DNA from: Spirochaetia bacterium
GTDB taxonomy: Bacteria > Spirochaetota > Spirochaetia > DSM-2461
DNA: 64,000 nt
Reading direction: 5' to 3'
Assembly: GCA_963668315.1 (NCBI GenBank)
Contig: OY764216.1
Coordinates: 3,328,001 to 3,392,000 of the forward strand
Shown: piece by piece, positions 51,548 to 61,621 of the stretch
How positions within the stretch are numbered: position 1 is the first letter of the stretch
Layout: every line of letters begins with the position of its first letter
Translations under genes and position numbers: made by a program
Notes under the pieces: generated by a model
Databases searched by the model: none
What the model was told of the DNA's origin: nothing
The model's input: the letters and a program-made list of their open reading frames with translations, nothing else

Positions 51548-52351
51548 TTAGATGATTTCGGTCTGAGCGATGCGAACATGTTCCGCGGAAACGAGCTGAC
51601 TTTTTTCTTTCGCCGCCGCCATCATAGCTCCCCTGGCGATGGTGTTAGCCCGTCTTAGAAGTCCTCCCGATGTTTGATGGATAGCAAGAATGGCTTCATC
51701 TGCGAATAGGGGCTTCTCCATCCCGGCCAGATGAAGATGATGTTCCAGGTATCCTTTCATATGCTTCAGATTCAGACTGTCCAAATGGGAGCGCCCCACG
51801 ATACGCGATGCCAGGGGTTTGGCGGAAATAGCCATGAGTTTGTCTATGAGCCCGTCCTGCCCGCAGAGAATTATGGGCATAATCGGGTTTGAATCAAAAT
51901 CAAACTGACAGAGAGTATGAAGCTGGTTGAAGACCTTGGACTTAAGAAGATGGGCTTCATCTATAACGAGAATGGGGACTTTTTTCTTTGAAGCAATGTC
52001 TTTTATGATATCCCGGACATTTTTCATCGCGATAGCCAGCTGAAATGAACGGTACTCCTCCCCAAACTCCATAAGAAACTGCCGTAAAAGCTCCATCATA
52101 CTGCCCGATGTAGCGACCAGCGAGATAATCTTGTACTTCCCCGGGTGGAACTTACTACACGCCAATCTCAGAGATGTGGATTTCCCGGATCCTACTTCCC
52201 CAGTGATGAGAGAGATAGCTCCCAGCTTTACGGCGTATTCAAATCTGTCCAAAAGGGGCGGTAGTCCAGGCAGCATATAGAGATCATCCAATTTGATTTT
52301 CTGAGAATAGGGCTCCTGTGTTAATCCGTAAAAATGCTTTATATCAATCAT
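51548..52351 (-). CDS. AAA+ transposition ATPase
   Basis: Identical to 4137..4940. Confidence 0.9.
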   Translation of the reverse strand: MIDIKHFYGLTQEPYSQKIKLDDLYMLPGLPPLLDRFEYAVKLGAISLITGEVGSGKSTSLRLACSKFHPGKYKIISLVATSGSMMELLRQFLMEFGEEYRSFQLAIAMKNVRDIIKDIASKKKVPILVIDEAHLLKSKVFNQLHTLCQFDFDSNPIMPIILCGQDGLIDKLMAISAKPLASRIVGRSHLDSLNLKHMKGYLEHHLHLAGMEKPLFADEAILAIHQTSGGLLRRANTIARGAMMAAAKEKSQLVSAEHVRIAQTEII

Positions 52352-53633
52352 CGTTTTCTTCCTCCGAGAATAGTTGTCCGCCGCTATAGGGATTGGAATT
52401 CAGATCAGCTTGAATCTCTGAACGTTTGACCTGGCTATTGATATGCACGTCCATAGGTTTAAGAAATCCTCTGGATTTATCGGCAATAAAGATTTCTACC
52501 CGGCTCATATCCGATTCATCGTAAGAGAGGTAGACCTTCTGCCCTGCCAGACCGATGGGTGCCTGGTATAGTTTTCCCTCGATACTGACCGATCTGTCAT
52601 TGGTTACCGTTCTGAGCAGTCTCTTACGAAAATAATCATTCAGATTCTCCGGAGCCGATCGAAGAAGGGTTAGTGATTTCAAATAACGGTCCAGAGGTTT
52701 CTCCCGGATTGAAGAGTGTTTCCTAATATGATAATTCTCATCAATGAAAGCAGCGAGATGCCCGTTCAATTCCTCCAATGTCAGTTCTTCCGGAAGGGCT
52801 TGAAGAACCTCCATCCTGACCGTCCTGTTAAATCTTTCGATTTTCCCTTTCCCTTGAGGGCGGTAGGGCTTCGCATACGTCAGAACAATCCCCAGAGAAG
52901 CGCAACCGTATTGAAGCTTATGGGATTTGAAATAAGCGCCGTTGTCCGTGTAGAGTTTACGGGGAAGGCCACGCTTAACCAGGGCTTTCTTCATACAGTC
53001 GATAAAATTGTCCACATTCTCCCGTAGATAGAACTGGGCATGGGGAATAAGACGGGAATGATCGTCGATGATGGCGAACATATAGGATTTTCTACGGCGG
53101 CCCTCATGAATGACATAAGGACCGTGCATACAGTCCGATTGCCAGAGGTCATTGGGAAACTCCACTTCGAACTTCAACATATCTTCCTTCTGCTTCCTCT
53201 CCTTACCCAGTCCATGTTTTTTCAGAATTCTATAGATGGATTGGGAGGAGGCGTTGAAGTCGGGAGGAAGTACATTTCTTTGCCGGGCCAGCCTCATCAA
53301 GACGGGAACGGATGCCTTCATAAAATCCTTTCTCAGATTAATGAAGGCCAGTTCTGTTTCCCTGTCCATAATGCGGCATCCGCCCTGGTCCCCCCGGCTT
53401 TTGGGATGCAGACTCTCTATTTGCCGACCGCTGGATTCATACTTTCTGAGCCAACTGAGGATAGTCGCGCGGCTGATATAGGTACGGGTGGAAAAAGGGA
53501 TATTCCACTCCCTAGCCGTCAATTTATCAAGGACATCCCTTTGCATACCCCAATCTTCTCTGCTCAGATCCAGTAAAGGATAGATCACAGAAAACCGGAA
53601 GGCGGCTACTTTTTCTCGTTCTTCTTTGGTCAT
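52344..53633 (-). CDS. DDE transposase
   Basis: Identical to 4933..6222. Confidence 0.92.
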   Translation of the reverse strand: MTKEEREKVAAFRFSVIYPLLDLSREDWGMQRDVLDKLTAREWNIPFSTRTYISRATILSWLRKYESSGRQIESLHPKSRGDQGGCRIMDRETELAFINLRKDFMKASVPVLMRLARQRNVLPPDFNASSQSIYRILKKHGLGKERKQKEDMLKFEVEFPNDLWQSDCMHGPYVIHEGRRRKSYMFAIIDDHSRLIPHAQFYLRENVDNFIDCMKKALVKRGLPRKLYTDNGAYFKSHKLQYGCASLGIVLTYAKPYRPQGKGKIERFNRTVRMEVLQALPEELTLEELNGHLAAFIDENYHIRKHSSIREKPLDRYLKSLTLLRSAPENLNDYFRKRLLRTVTNDRSVSIEGKLYQAPIGLAGQKVYLSYDESDMSRVEIFIADKSRGFLKPMDVHINSQVKRSEIQADLNSNPYSGGQLFSEEENDD

Positions 53634-53661
53634 AAAACCTCCTAAAACGTTTTATTTCCAT

Positions 53662-54150
53662 TTAAGGCGGTATTTTATTAGTTGTCACTGCAAAGCTAAG
53701 GTAGGTCATGCAGAGAGCTACCGATTTCACATCATGATTTATCGAATGTGAGGGGAAGCAGAACCGATTCTGAACGCTGTCTGAAAGGAAAAGGGAGAGA
53801 TCAAAATTCAGTCCCTGAATAGCAGCTTGTTTCATCAGTCCCCGATACCAGTATTGCTGCCTTTGACGGCTGAAGGATGTGAACCAGGTATGGGATTCTA
53901 ACTTATGAGAAAGGCTTCGATAAATTTCTGTAGCGGTTGATTGAAACCTGGGGAAATATGCAACAGGCCTGGCCGTATGTACCGCTCCGCACTCGGGACA
54001 GCGGAATCTTTTGAGGTAGAGTCCTTCCGGAAATTCGTCGAAATAACGCAGTACATAACCATGCCCCCAGATCCTGAAACTTTGGCAGGAAGGACATCTT
54101 CTTGGTTTCCTCCAGACATAATTCTTATGTTTCTCTTTAAGGACAGCCAA
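53662..54150 (-). CDS. Zinc-ribbon accessory protein (DUF6431-like)
   Basis: Identical to 6251..6739. Confidence 0.7.
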   Translation of the reverse strand: MAVLKEKHKNYVWRKPRRCPSCQSFRIWGHGYVLRYFDEFPEGLYLKRFRCPECGAVHTARPVAYFPRFQSTATEIYRSLSHKLESHTWFTSFSRQRQQYWYRGLMKQAAIQGLNFDLSLFLSDSVQNRFCFPSHSINHDVKSVALCMTYLSFAVTTNKIPP

Positions 54151-54317
54151 ATCCGTCCGAAAATAAATTATGATTTATGGGTTGGGATAGCCGTTCTTGC
54201 AGGAACAATAGGCTATCCCTTTTTTATCGATAATTTATTTTGTGAAAATGAAGTATAAAAATATTTTATTGTGGAATATTGATAGAATAATCTGATAGAT
54301 TAATGTTGGATTCTACA

Positions 54318-54880
54318 ACGGTCAGATCATCATCGAGGAGGTTTCTCCGACCCTATCCATCTTTACCGGGGATATCCGTCTTTCCCTTCTGGAGAAGAAT
54401 CTTTTAGGGGAGATTGATGCACACCTGCACATTAAAGAACTACTGGAGCAAGAGCGGTTTCAGGAATATTCCTATATCCTGATCGATACTCCGCCTTCTC
54501 TGGGAGTCCTGACTCTTAATGCTTTGACAGCTGCCCACCACCTTATCATTCCCATAGCCTGTAAACTCTATTCCCTCCAGGGAACCAATGACCTCATGAA
54601 TACCGTCAGCAAGGTTCGGAAGACTCTCAATCCTGATCTGAACCTCCTCGGGGTTCTGATAGGTCAGTATGACCGGGTACCGGTTATTTCCCGGGAGATA
54701 CGGGAGGAAGTGGAACGTTCCTTCGGTGATCTGGTATTCCCTGTGGTTATCAGCAAGAGTATCCGGGTCGAGGAGGCTATAGCCCAGAAGAAGGGTGTGG
54801 TGGAACTTCCTATCAAAGACCGGATCAAAAAGGAGATTGAAGATGCTGCTCAGGAGCTGATCCGCAGGAGCTCTCTATGA
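54318..54880 (+). pseudogene. parA: 5'-truncated ParA/Soj
   Basis: Reads GQIIIEEVSPTLSIFTGDIRLSLLEKNLLGEID..IDTPPSLG from the transposon end and aligns to 63039..63779. The first ~59 codons, including Walker A, are missing. Confidence 0.88.
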
Positions 54881-57573
54881 GTAGACGACTCAATGGATCA
54901 ACTCTTCAGGTCAGTGGCTTTCTCGATGAGTTCGAGAAGGACCAGGTCAAACGTGATGTAGACATCGTTTCACTTTTCTCGTCCTTTGGGGTGAGTTTGG
55001 AAAAGCGTGGCGACTCCTATATGGGACTGTGCCCCTTTCATGATGACACCAACCCCTCACTATCTGTAGACCAGGAGAGAGGTCTCTTCCACTGTTTTGG
55101 CTGTGGAGCTTCGGGAGATATTTTTGATGTGGTCATGAAGCTCAGGGGACTGGACTTCAAAGAGGCATTGGCCTACCTGAAGAACGGTACCGCTTTGGAA
55201 TCTCCTCCTGTTCCCCAAAATCCTCCAAGGCCTCTACCGGCACCCGAAACGGAACCGGAGGAAGAGACTCTTCCTAATGATATCAAGCTGAATACAGTCT
55301 GTGAGCATTACCATACCCAGCTTTCCAAGTTCCCCGAAGCAGTGGAATATCTGGAAAGCCGGGGACTACTTAACTGGGAACTTTTGAACCGACTGAACAT
55401 TGGCTATGCTCCGGGGAATCTTCGGGAGATAGTGGGTGACCGACAGTATAAGATGCTCAAGGATTCCGGTGTCTTCACTGATAAGAACCAGGAAGCTTTT
55501 ACCGGTTGTATCACCTTTCCGCTTTCCGATGAGTCCGGTAAAGTTGTTGGTCTCTATGGTCGAAAAATCTCTTCCAGCGGCAGAGTCAAACACCTGTACC
55601 TCAAGGGGCCCCATAGAGGACTTTTCAATGGGAAAGCGTTTACAGCTTACCCGGAGCAGATCATCCTCACAGAGAGCGTTATAGACGCCCTCTCCCTAAT
55701 GGTAATGGGGATTCCGAACGTTGTCCCGATCTACGGCACTAATGGGGTAACCAGTGACCACGCTGATGCAATCAAGGAAGTTAGGACAAAAGAGATTGTT
55801 CTGGCTCTTGATAATGATGAGGCTGGAAGAATGGCTTCTGCTGAGTTAAAGGAGAAGCTTCTTACCTCCGGTGTATCTGTCCGTGAAGTCTTTCCTCCTG
55901 AACCGCACAAAGACTGGAATGATGCACTGCACGAAGGGTTTTGTGCAGAGCAGTTTTCCTCACTTTGGCAGGGCGCTATCGTGACCCAGCCGTCCCAGGC
56001 ATCCCAATCAGAGGGAGCATCCCTCCAGGTTGAAGAACGGGAGGGAAGCTATTATTTTTCCCTGGGGAATATCGACTACCGTATATCAGGAGTTAAAGAA
56101 GGGTTCATCTCTTCCCTGAAGATAACCTTGAGAGCTAAGAAGGAGGAGCAGAAATTCATCGATAAAACAGACCTCTATTCAGCTCGGAGTCGTACCTCAT
56201 TGGCTATGGCACTATCTCGGGAACTCCAGGAGGAGTCTGGCCGAATAGAGAAGGACCTGATGATCATCCTGGAGTGGCTGGAAGCGGACCGTGACAGAAA
56301 GCTCTCTGGGATTGAGGAAACTGTGCAGAAGCACCTCACGGCTCAGGAGGAGATTCTGGGAATGGCTCTCCTGACAGCTCCTGATCTTTTCGATAGGATT
56401 GAAGAGGACCTGTCTTCCCTCGGATATGTTGGAGAGTCGGTAAACAAGATACTCATGTATCTGGCTGCTTCCTCCCGGAGGATGAAGGACCCAATCTCAG
56501 TGATCGTTATCTCCCAGTCTGCTGCCGGTAAGAGTTACCTTATCGACACTGTAAAGAAGCTGATTCCTGCTGATGAGGTTATTTCCCTGACCAGTCTTTC
56601 CGACCAGGCATTGAACTACTTACCTGAGGAAGCACTCCTGCACAAGTTCCTTGTTATGGGGGAGGCGGTGCATTCTGATATCGTTGATCATCAGCTGAGA
56701 GAGATGCTTTCCGGTCATGAACTATCTCGATTGGTAACTTCCAAGGATGAGAAGACCGGGCGGATGATGAGTAAGCTTATCCGTAAAAAAGTCATCGTCT
56801 CTGCCGTGATGAGTTCTACCAGTAACGATATCAACCCGGAGAATGCTTCCCGGTGTTTCGTTATCAATACCGATGAGACGGAGAATCAAACCAGAGCTAT
56901 CCATAAACTCCAGAGACAGAAGTACACCTTGGAGCGGTACCGTAAGAAGGAGACGGAAGTCCCGAAGATCATAGAGCAGCACCTGGCCGCCCAGAGGCTT
57001 CTACAGGATCGAATCATAGTAAACCCTTTAGCTGAGTATCTGGACTTCCCGGCCACACAGATGAGGGCCAGGCGGGACCATGAGCGCTTTATGGACCTGA
57101 TTGCTTCAGTGTGCTTTCTGAGGCAATTCCAGAAGGAGGAGAAGACCGATGGAGAGCAGACGTTTATCGAAGTGGACCTGACCGACTACTCGCTGGCATA
57201 TCGCATCATGACCGCAGTTCTTCCCGCTACATTAAGCAACTTCCCCAAGAGTGCACAGCTCCTCTTTGACTATGTTTCTCAGTTGCTAAAGGATAAAGCG
57301 GAACGGGAGAACCTCTCCCTTAATGAAGTTGCTGTCACTCAGAGGGAGATCAGGGAAGAGACCGGGTTATCCCATGACATAGTCAAACGGAACATGAGGC
57401 TCCTGTGTGAGTATGAGTATGTGCAAGTCAAACGGAAGAACTATGGTGGTTCCTGGCGTTATTATCTTCCCCATGGGGATTCTCTGAATATTCTGGACCT
57501 GTCGGCCATCCCGTCCCCTGAAGCCATGGAGCAACTAATCCGGGGTACCGGGGCAGAACCGGGGCAAGAATAA
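54877..57573 (+). CDS. CHC2 zinc-finger/Toprim primase fused to a P-loop ATPase/helicase and C-terminal wHTH
   Basis: CPFHDD..HCFGC; TESVIDALS, ALDND, KDWND; SQSAAGKS; TQREIREETGLSHDIVKRNMRLL. Confidence 0.9.
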   Translation: MSRRLNGSTLQVSGFLDEFEKDQVKRDVDIVSLFSSFGVSLEKRGDSYMGLCPFHDDTNPSLSVDQERGLFHCFGCGASGDIFDVVMKLRGLDFKEALAYLKNGTALESPPVPQNPPRPLPAPETEPEEETLPNDIKLNTVCEHYHTQLSKFPEAVEYLESRGLLNWELLNRLNIGYAPGNLREIVGDRQYKMLKDSGVFTDKNQEAFTGCITFPLSDESGKVVGLYGRKISSSGRVKHLYLKGPHRGLFNGKAFTAYPEQIILTESVIDALSLMVMGIPNVVPIYGTNGVTSDHADAIKEVRTKEIVLALDNDEAGRMASAELKEKLLTSGVSVREVFPPEPHKDWNDALHEGFCAEQFSSLWQGAIVTQPSQASQSEGASLQVEEREGSYYFSLGNIDYRISGVKEGFISSLKITLRAKKEEQKFIDKTDLYSARSRTSLAMALSRELQEESGRIEKDLMIILEWLEADRDRKLSGIEETVQKHLTAQEEILGMALLTAPDLFDRIEEDLSSLGYVGESVNKILMYLAASSRRMKDPISVIVISQSAAGKSYLIDTVKKLIPADEVISLTSLSDQALNYLPEEALLHKFLVMGEAVHSDIVDHQLREMLSGHELSRLVTSKDEKTGRMMSKLIRKKVIVSAVMSSTSNDINPENASRCFVINTDETENQTRAIHKLQRQKYTLERYRKKETEVPKIIEQHLAAQRLLQDRIIVNPLAEYLDFPATQMRARRDHERFMDLIASVCFLRQFQKEEKTDGEQTFIEVDLTDYSLAYRIMTAVLPATLSNFPKSAQLLFDYVSQLLKDKAERENLSLNEVAVTQREIREETGLSHDIVKRNMRLLCEYEYVQVKRKNYGGSWRYYLPHGDSLNILDLSAIPSPEAMEQLIRGTGAEPGQE

Positions 57574-57688
57574 TAATCTCAAACAAATCGTTTCAAATAA
57601 AGTATTTAGAGCAAACCGGGGCAACCGGGGTATCGCGAAAGCTAAGTAATATCTCCTTGCCCTGTATTTAATTACAAGAAACCGGGGC
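57539..57688 (+). repeat. Six WCCGGGGY direct repeats with AT-rich spacers (putative iteron origin)
   Basis: Copies at 57539, 57547, 57558, 57615, 57624 and 57681. Confidence 0.7.
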
Positions 57689-57718
57689 GTAAATCCCGGA
57701 AAGGGTAAGGCAAAGCAT

Positions 57719-58621
57719 ATGGAAAAGTTATTGAAAGAGTATGAGACCAATCTGAAATCCAGAGAAATTAGAAGCTGGAAAGACTTCATCGCTCAGATCA
57801 GGCTCTTCATAAAATGGTGTAGTGAAGAGAACATTGAACCTTTGGAAGTAACAGAGGATGAAGCTCAGGACTGGATCATCTCTATGGTGGAAGGGAATCC
57901 TCCTCTGAACAGAAAGACCATCAATCGGAAGCTGGGAATTGTAAAAGGGTTCTATCGGTTCCTCGAAAGACAGGGAGCTATCGCTCAAACTCCTTTCTAC
58001 TACCAGAAGCCCTTAAAGACTGGAAGAACACTTCCTAAGTCTGTTCCCAATCCTACCGATCTGGACCTTCTTATCAAGAACTTCAGTATCTTTTCCCAGA
58101 GTGATCGTATGCTCAAAACCATGATCGAGATACTCTATGGAAGCGGACTACGGATCAGTGAGGTGGTGGCTCTGAGGTTGGAGGATATCCACGGGGAATC
58201 CCAGACCCTGACCATCCATGAGAAGAAGACGGGAAAAGTAAGGGAAGCTCCTGCAACTTATGCTTCCATACAAGCTATCAGAACTTACCTCGATGATATT
58301 CGTCCTCGCATCATGAATGCTTCAGAACTATCGGAGACCTTCCTCTTCCCTCAACAGGGCGATACCACTATTCGGTGCAAGATGAACCGGAGATTGAAGC
58401 GGGAGTGTATGAGGTTAGGTTTACCGGTGCTCACAAGCCATTCCTTCCGCCATGCAGCTGCTACCCATATGCTCAAAGCCGGGGCTGGGATCAGGCTGGT
58501 CCAGAGCTTTCTGGCACATGAGAACATTGCTTCCACAGAAGTTTATACCCATCTCGTGAAGGAAGACCTGAAAGACCTTATCCATAATCTCCATCCCAGA
58601 GAACAGAGGAGAGCTTTATGA
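57719..58621 (+). CDS. Tyrosine recombinase, XerC/D-like #1
   Basis: GLRISE, HSFRH, LAHENIASTEVY; complete catalytic set. Confidence 0.93.
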   Translation: MEKLLKEYETNLKSREIRSWKDFIAQIRLFIKWCSEENIEPLEVTEDEAQDWIISMVEGNPPLNRKTINRKLGIVKGFYRFLERQGAIAQTPFYYQKPLKTGRTLPKSVPNPTDLDLLIKNFSIFSQSDRMLKTMIEILYGSGLRISEVVALRLEDIHGESQTLTIHEKKTGKVREAPATYASIQAIRTYLDDIRPRIMNASELSETFLFPQQGDTTIRCKMNRRLKRECMRLGLPVLTSHSFRHAAATHMLKAGAGIRLVQSFLAHENIASTEVYTHLVKEDLKDLIHNLHPREQRRAL

Positions 58622-59526
58622 ACTATACGGAACTACTCAGAAATAGCTTGAAGGCCAGAGGGCTCTCTGAGGCTACCATCAGAAGGAAGCTCCAGGAGTG
58701 GAAGCGGTTCTCTGAATATCTTGCCAATCATAACCGGGATATCCGTGATGTGGATGCTTCCTTTCTGGAGAGGTACATCCTCTACATGAAATCAGGTGAG
58801 TATTCGGGAAGCACTCAGAACACAGCCAGGGCCCTCCTTAAAGACCTTTTCGAATTACTCCATAGAAAGTCCCTTATTCTAACAAATCCCTTCTCGGCAG
58901 CTCAGATCGTTATCTCCGAGAAGGGGGGAGCCAAGGCTGTACTGTCCAAGGAACAGGTAGTGGACTTTCTGGAAGTCATCGAACCTATCTCCGGGTATGC
59001 GATCCGTGACAGAGTCATGTTCGAACTTCTCTATGTTACCGCCATGCGGAGTCAGGAACTGGTGAATTTGGATGTTGAGCATCTGGACCTCAAGTCCAAG
59101 GAAGTCTTTATAGCCATGGGGAAAAATCGTAAGGATAGAATCGTTCCCCTGGGGGATACGGCACTGTCCTTTCTGAACCTCTGGCTCAAGAGAGCGAGAA
59201 AATGGTTTACCCTGGAAGAGTCTGGTGCACTGTTTGTTAACGATACAGGAGGTAGGCTTTCTACCTCTACTGTTCGTATGCGGTTCAAGCATTGGTTGAA
59301 GGAGGCTGGCCTCCAGAATAAGGGGTTTACACCTCATTCTCTGAGACATAGCTGTGCCACTCATCTGCTTGAAAATGGTGCTGATATCCGGTATGTCCAG
59401 GAACTTCTGGGGCATGATTCCATTGAGACCACTGCTGATTATACCCGAGATATTGTCAAGGATATCAAGCGTATTCACCGCTCCTATCATCCTCGGGAGA
59501 ATGAGATATTTCCCGAAGACCTTTAA
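58618..59526 (+). CDS. Tyrosine recombinase, XerC/D-like #2
   Basis: AMRSQE, GKNRKDR, HSLRH, LGHDSIETTADY; ATGA overlap with #1. Confidence 0.93.
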   Translation: MNYTELLRNSLKARGLSEATIRRKLQEWKRFSEYLANHNRDIRDVDASFLERYILYMKSGEYSGSTQNTARALLKDLFELLHRKSLILTNPFSAAQIVISEKGGAKAVLSKEQVVDFLEVIEPISGYAIRDRVMFELLYVTAMRSQELVNLDVEHLDLKSKEVFIAMGKNRKDRIVPLGDTALSFLNLWLKRARKWFTLEESGALFVNDTGGRLSTSTVRMRFKHWLKEAGLQNKGFTPHSLRHSCATHLLENGADIRYVQELLGHDSIETTADYTRDIVKDIKRIHRSYHPRENEIFPEDL

Positions 59527-59603
59527 CCTTTTAGGAAATAACTGTATACTTCTACTGGTTCTTTGAAATAGGTGAGTAGTCCGTAGAGGAGGCTTACTGC
59601 GAA

Positions 59604-60476
59604 GACGGCCTATTGTGGTATGCCTATGCCAACAATAACCCAATGAAGTTTACTGATCCGACGGGGATGATGAGTGATTCTGCAGCTTTAGCTGCTGCTG
59701 AAGAAGATAGAGACATTGCTGATTCGGATAGTGAATATGGACATACCATGCCCACAAGAAGAGAAAGACGACAACAAAAGAGAGAAGCAAAACACACCTT
59801 AAAAGAGAATGAAAAGCAATATTGGAAAATTTATGAGGATATTGTCAGAATGAGGGAAAAAATCTTTAATTTCGAACCGGGACAGGGCGATATGGATGTT
59901 GCTCTTGATCAATTAAAAGAGCTTCTTTCTGAATATAGTGATCTTCAAATAGCGTCTGCTCTTGATACAATGATTCGAAGTAATGATATTTTTTATGCTC
60001 CTGAAAATTTCAGTGGAGTTCAATATATAAATTATAGTCTCACTGGGATGTTACTCATGAGTGGTTCCGCTGATTATGGTTTTGCCGCTGAATTTAATCA
60101 AGGAAAACTAGTTCAAGCATCACCTTTCGTAGCAGTTAACGGGGGATTTGTAACTAATTTTGGTGTTGACCTTACTGCAAATTTTGGAGTAATGAAGAAT
60201 GCAACTCTGAACGATTTCTTTGGCTGGGGTAATAGTATTTCAGCTAGTGCTAGCCCTGTTCTTGGTATAATTGGGTTATCTGGAGGATTTACAAATATAG
60301 GAAATGATAATTATGCTCAAGATAATATCTATGATGGAGAACTCTATGGATATGAGAAACCTACGAGAAAGTTTTTCAATTCAATTGGGTACTCCGCCAT
60401 TCCTATGGATTTTAGTGTTATGACTGGATATACCTCACAAACAGGAATTGATATATTTGGATTAGGATTGGAATAG
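59604..60476 (+). other. Orphan Rhs C-terminal toxin module (junction repeat copy 2 + 269-aa tip), no clear start
   Basis: DGLLWYAYANNNPMKFTDPTG identical to the main Rhs, then unrelated sequence; in-frame TAG a few codons upstream. Confidence 0.88.
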
Positions 60477-60728
60477 ATGATATTTAAAATTGCATTGAGT
60501 ATAATTTATCGGATAATAATTTTCACACTCATAATGATTCTCTATTCTAAGAACATTCGAAGTTATTTAAAGTCTCAAAATCTTGAATCCAATTCAGATA
60601 TGTTTAGTAGAAGACAGCTAAAAGATATGATGCTTTATTTTAGAATAAAAAAAAGCGTCTTTAACGCAGGAGGAGTTAGTCTTCTTTTATATTTCTTTTT
60701 TTGCTTTGGACCTGAAATATTTTACTAA
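60477..60728 (+). CDS. Putative membrane immunity protein (2 TM)
   Basis: Starts immediately after the orphan tip's stop; two hydrophobic segments. Confidence 0.7.
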   Translation: MIFKIALSIIYRIIIFTLIMILYSKNIRSYLKSQNLESNSDMFSRRQLKDMMLYFRIKKSVFNAGGVSLLLYFFFCFGPEIFY

Positions 60729-61083
60729 TTGTGGGACGCGTAGTTTTTTCCTAAAATTCTGTTCAAGGTTATTTCTTATTTGATTGCTGATAGCTGAATC
60801 GGTTCGGCAATTATTCCGAAGCTGCTTTCCTGTACTGCTCAGGAATCTGTACATGGTCTGGGAGCAGGTCGAAGAGGTTTCTTTCCTGAATCAGCTCCCA
60901 GGGGATATCATCCTGCTTGAACCATCGCTCCGCATGCCAAAGGTAGACAGAAGCAATGCCTCTGTCTACCGCCGGGGCTGGTCACAAACCGATCCGGTTT
61001 GCTGCTCGCCCATGCATCCTGGGCAATCACAGCGCTACGACCCGGTACGGCCTGAGTTCACCGTTGGCCAGGACGGCCAATGG

Positions 61084-61166
61084 CACATAATACGAAGCTA
61101 AACGAAAGGCGGAGGCCAGGACGGCTGGAGCCGACCCGAAGGGTTTCGATTAGCGTGGATTATGTG
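61084..61166. other. Long imperfect hairpin with dif-like arms
   Basis: CACATAAT/ATTATGTG, GCTAA/TTAGC and CGAAA/TTTCG nested complementary blocks. Confidence 0.65.
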
Positions 61167-61298
61167 TGGGACAGGCGCAGGGGCGATTGTCCCGTCAGCG
61201 GGGAGAATGGGGAAACTAACGAGACCGTTGAACCTGAACCGTCCTATGGTCCGGTCAGGTTAACGGGGTTGTTAGTTTTTTTTACCCTGATCATATAA

Positions 61299-61327
61299 TT
61301 GCATAAATGTAGTTACAATGATATAAT
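61299..61327 (+). promoter_or_regulatory. brnTA sigma70 promoter with TGTA-GT-TACA operator
   Basis: TTGCAT-17bp-TATAAT; ATG 6 nt downstream, no RBS. Confidence 0.7.
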
Positions 61328-61333
61328 TATAGT

Positions 61334-61621
61334 ATGCTCTTTGAATGGGATGAAGAAAAAGATAAAATCAACCAGCGGAAACACGGATTGTCATTCAAAG
61401 ATGCCCGGTATGTATTCGCCGATCCCTATGCGGTGACCCGTGACGACGATACGGATGATGAACACCGTCAGCAGATCATGGGGCATATCGGCGGCACCCT
61501 GCTTATTTTGGCAGTCTATACGATGCGGACGAAGCAGGGTGATGAAGTAGTTAGAATAATCTCCGCCCGAAAAGCGACGGCGGCGGAAAGGAGGAAGTAT
61601 GAAGCAGGAAAATGGTTTTAG
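61334..61621 (+). CDS. brnT: BrnT toxin
   Basis: FEWDEEK...NQRKHGLSF.DA..VF.DP...RIISARKAT..ER..YE. Confidence 0.93.
   Translation: MLFEWDEEKDKINQRKHGLSFKDARYVFADPYAVTRDDDTDDEHRQQIMGHIGGTLLILAVYTMRTKQGDEVVRIISARKATAAERRKYEAGKWF

Larger units (their letters stand above)
51136..54317 (-). mobile_element. 3182-bp transposon, copy 3, no target duplication
   Basis: Same ends, length and proteins; flanks GGTGT and ACGGT differ. Confidence 0.95.

Noticed and set aside
57719..59526. Recombinases as the missing integron integrase or as chromosomal xerC/xerD
   Set aside because: No IntI-specific insertion evident, 35 kb from the array and embedded in the primase module; gene symbols withheld.
58879..59643. 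254-aa minus-strand ORF and other antisense ORFs over transposases, rhs, primase and parA
   Set aside because: Shadow frames of well-supported genes.
60784..61298. 105-aa and 72-aa ORFs
   Set aside because: No RBS or motifs; the region is rich in hairpins and better explained as non-coding.
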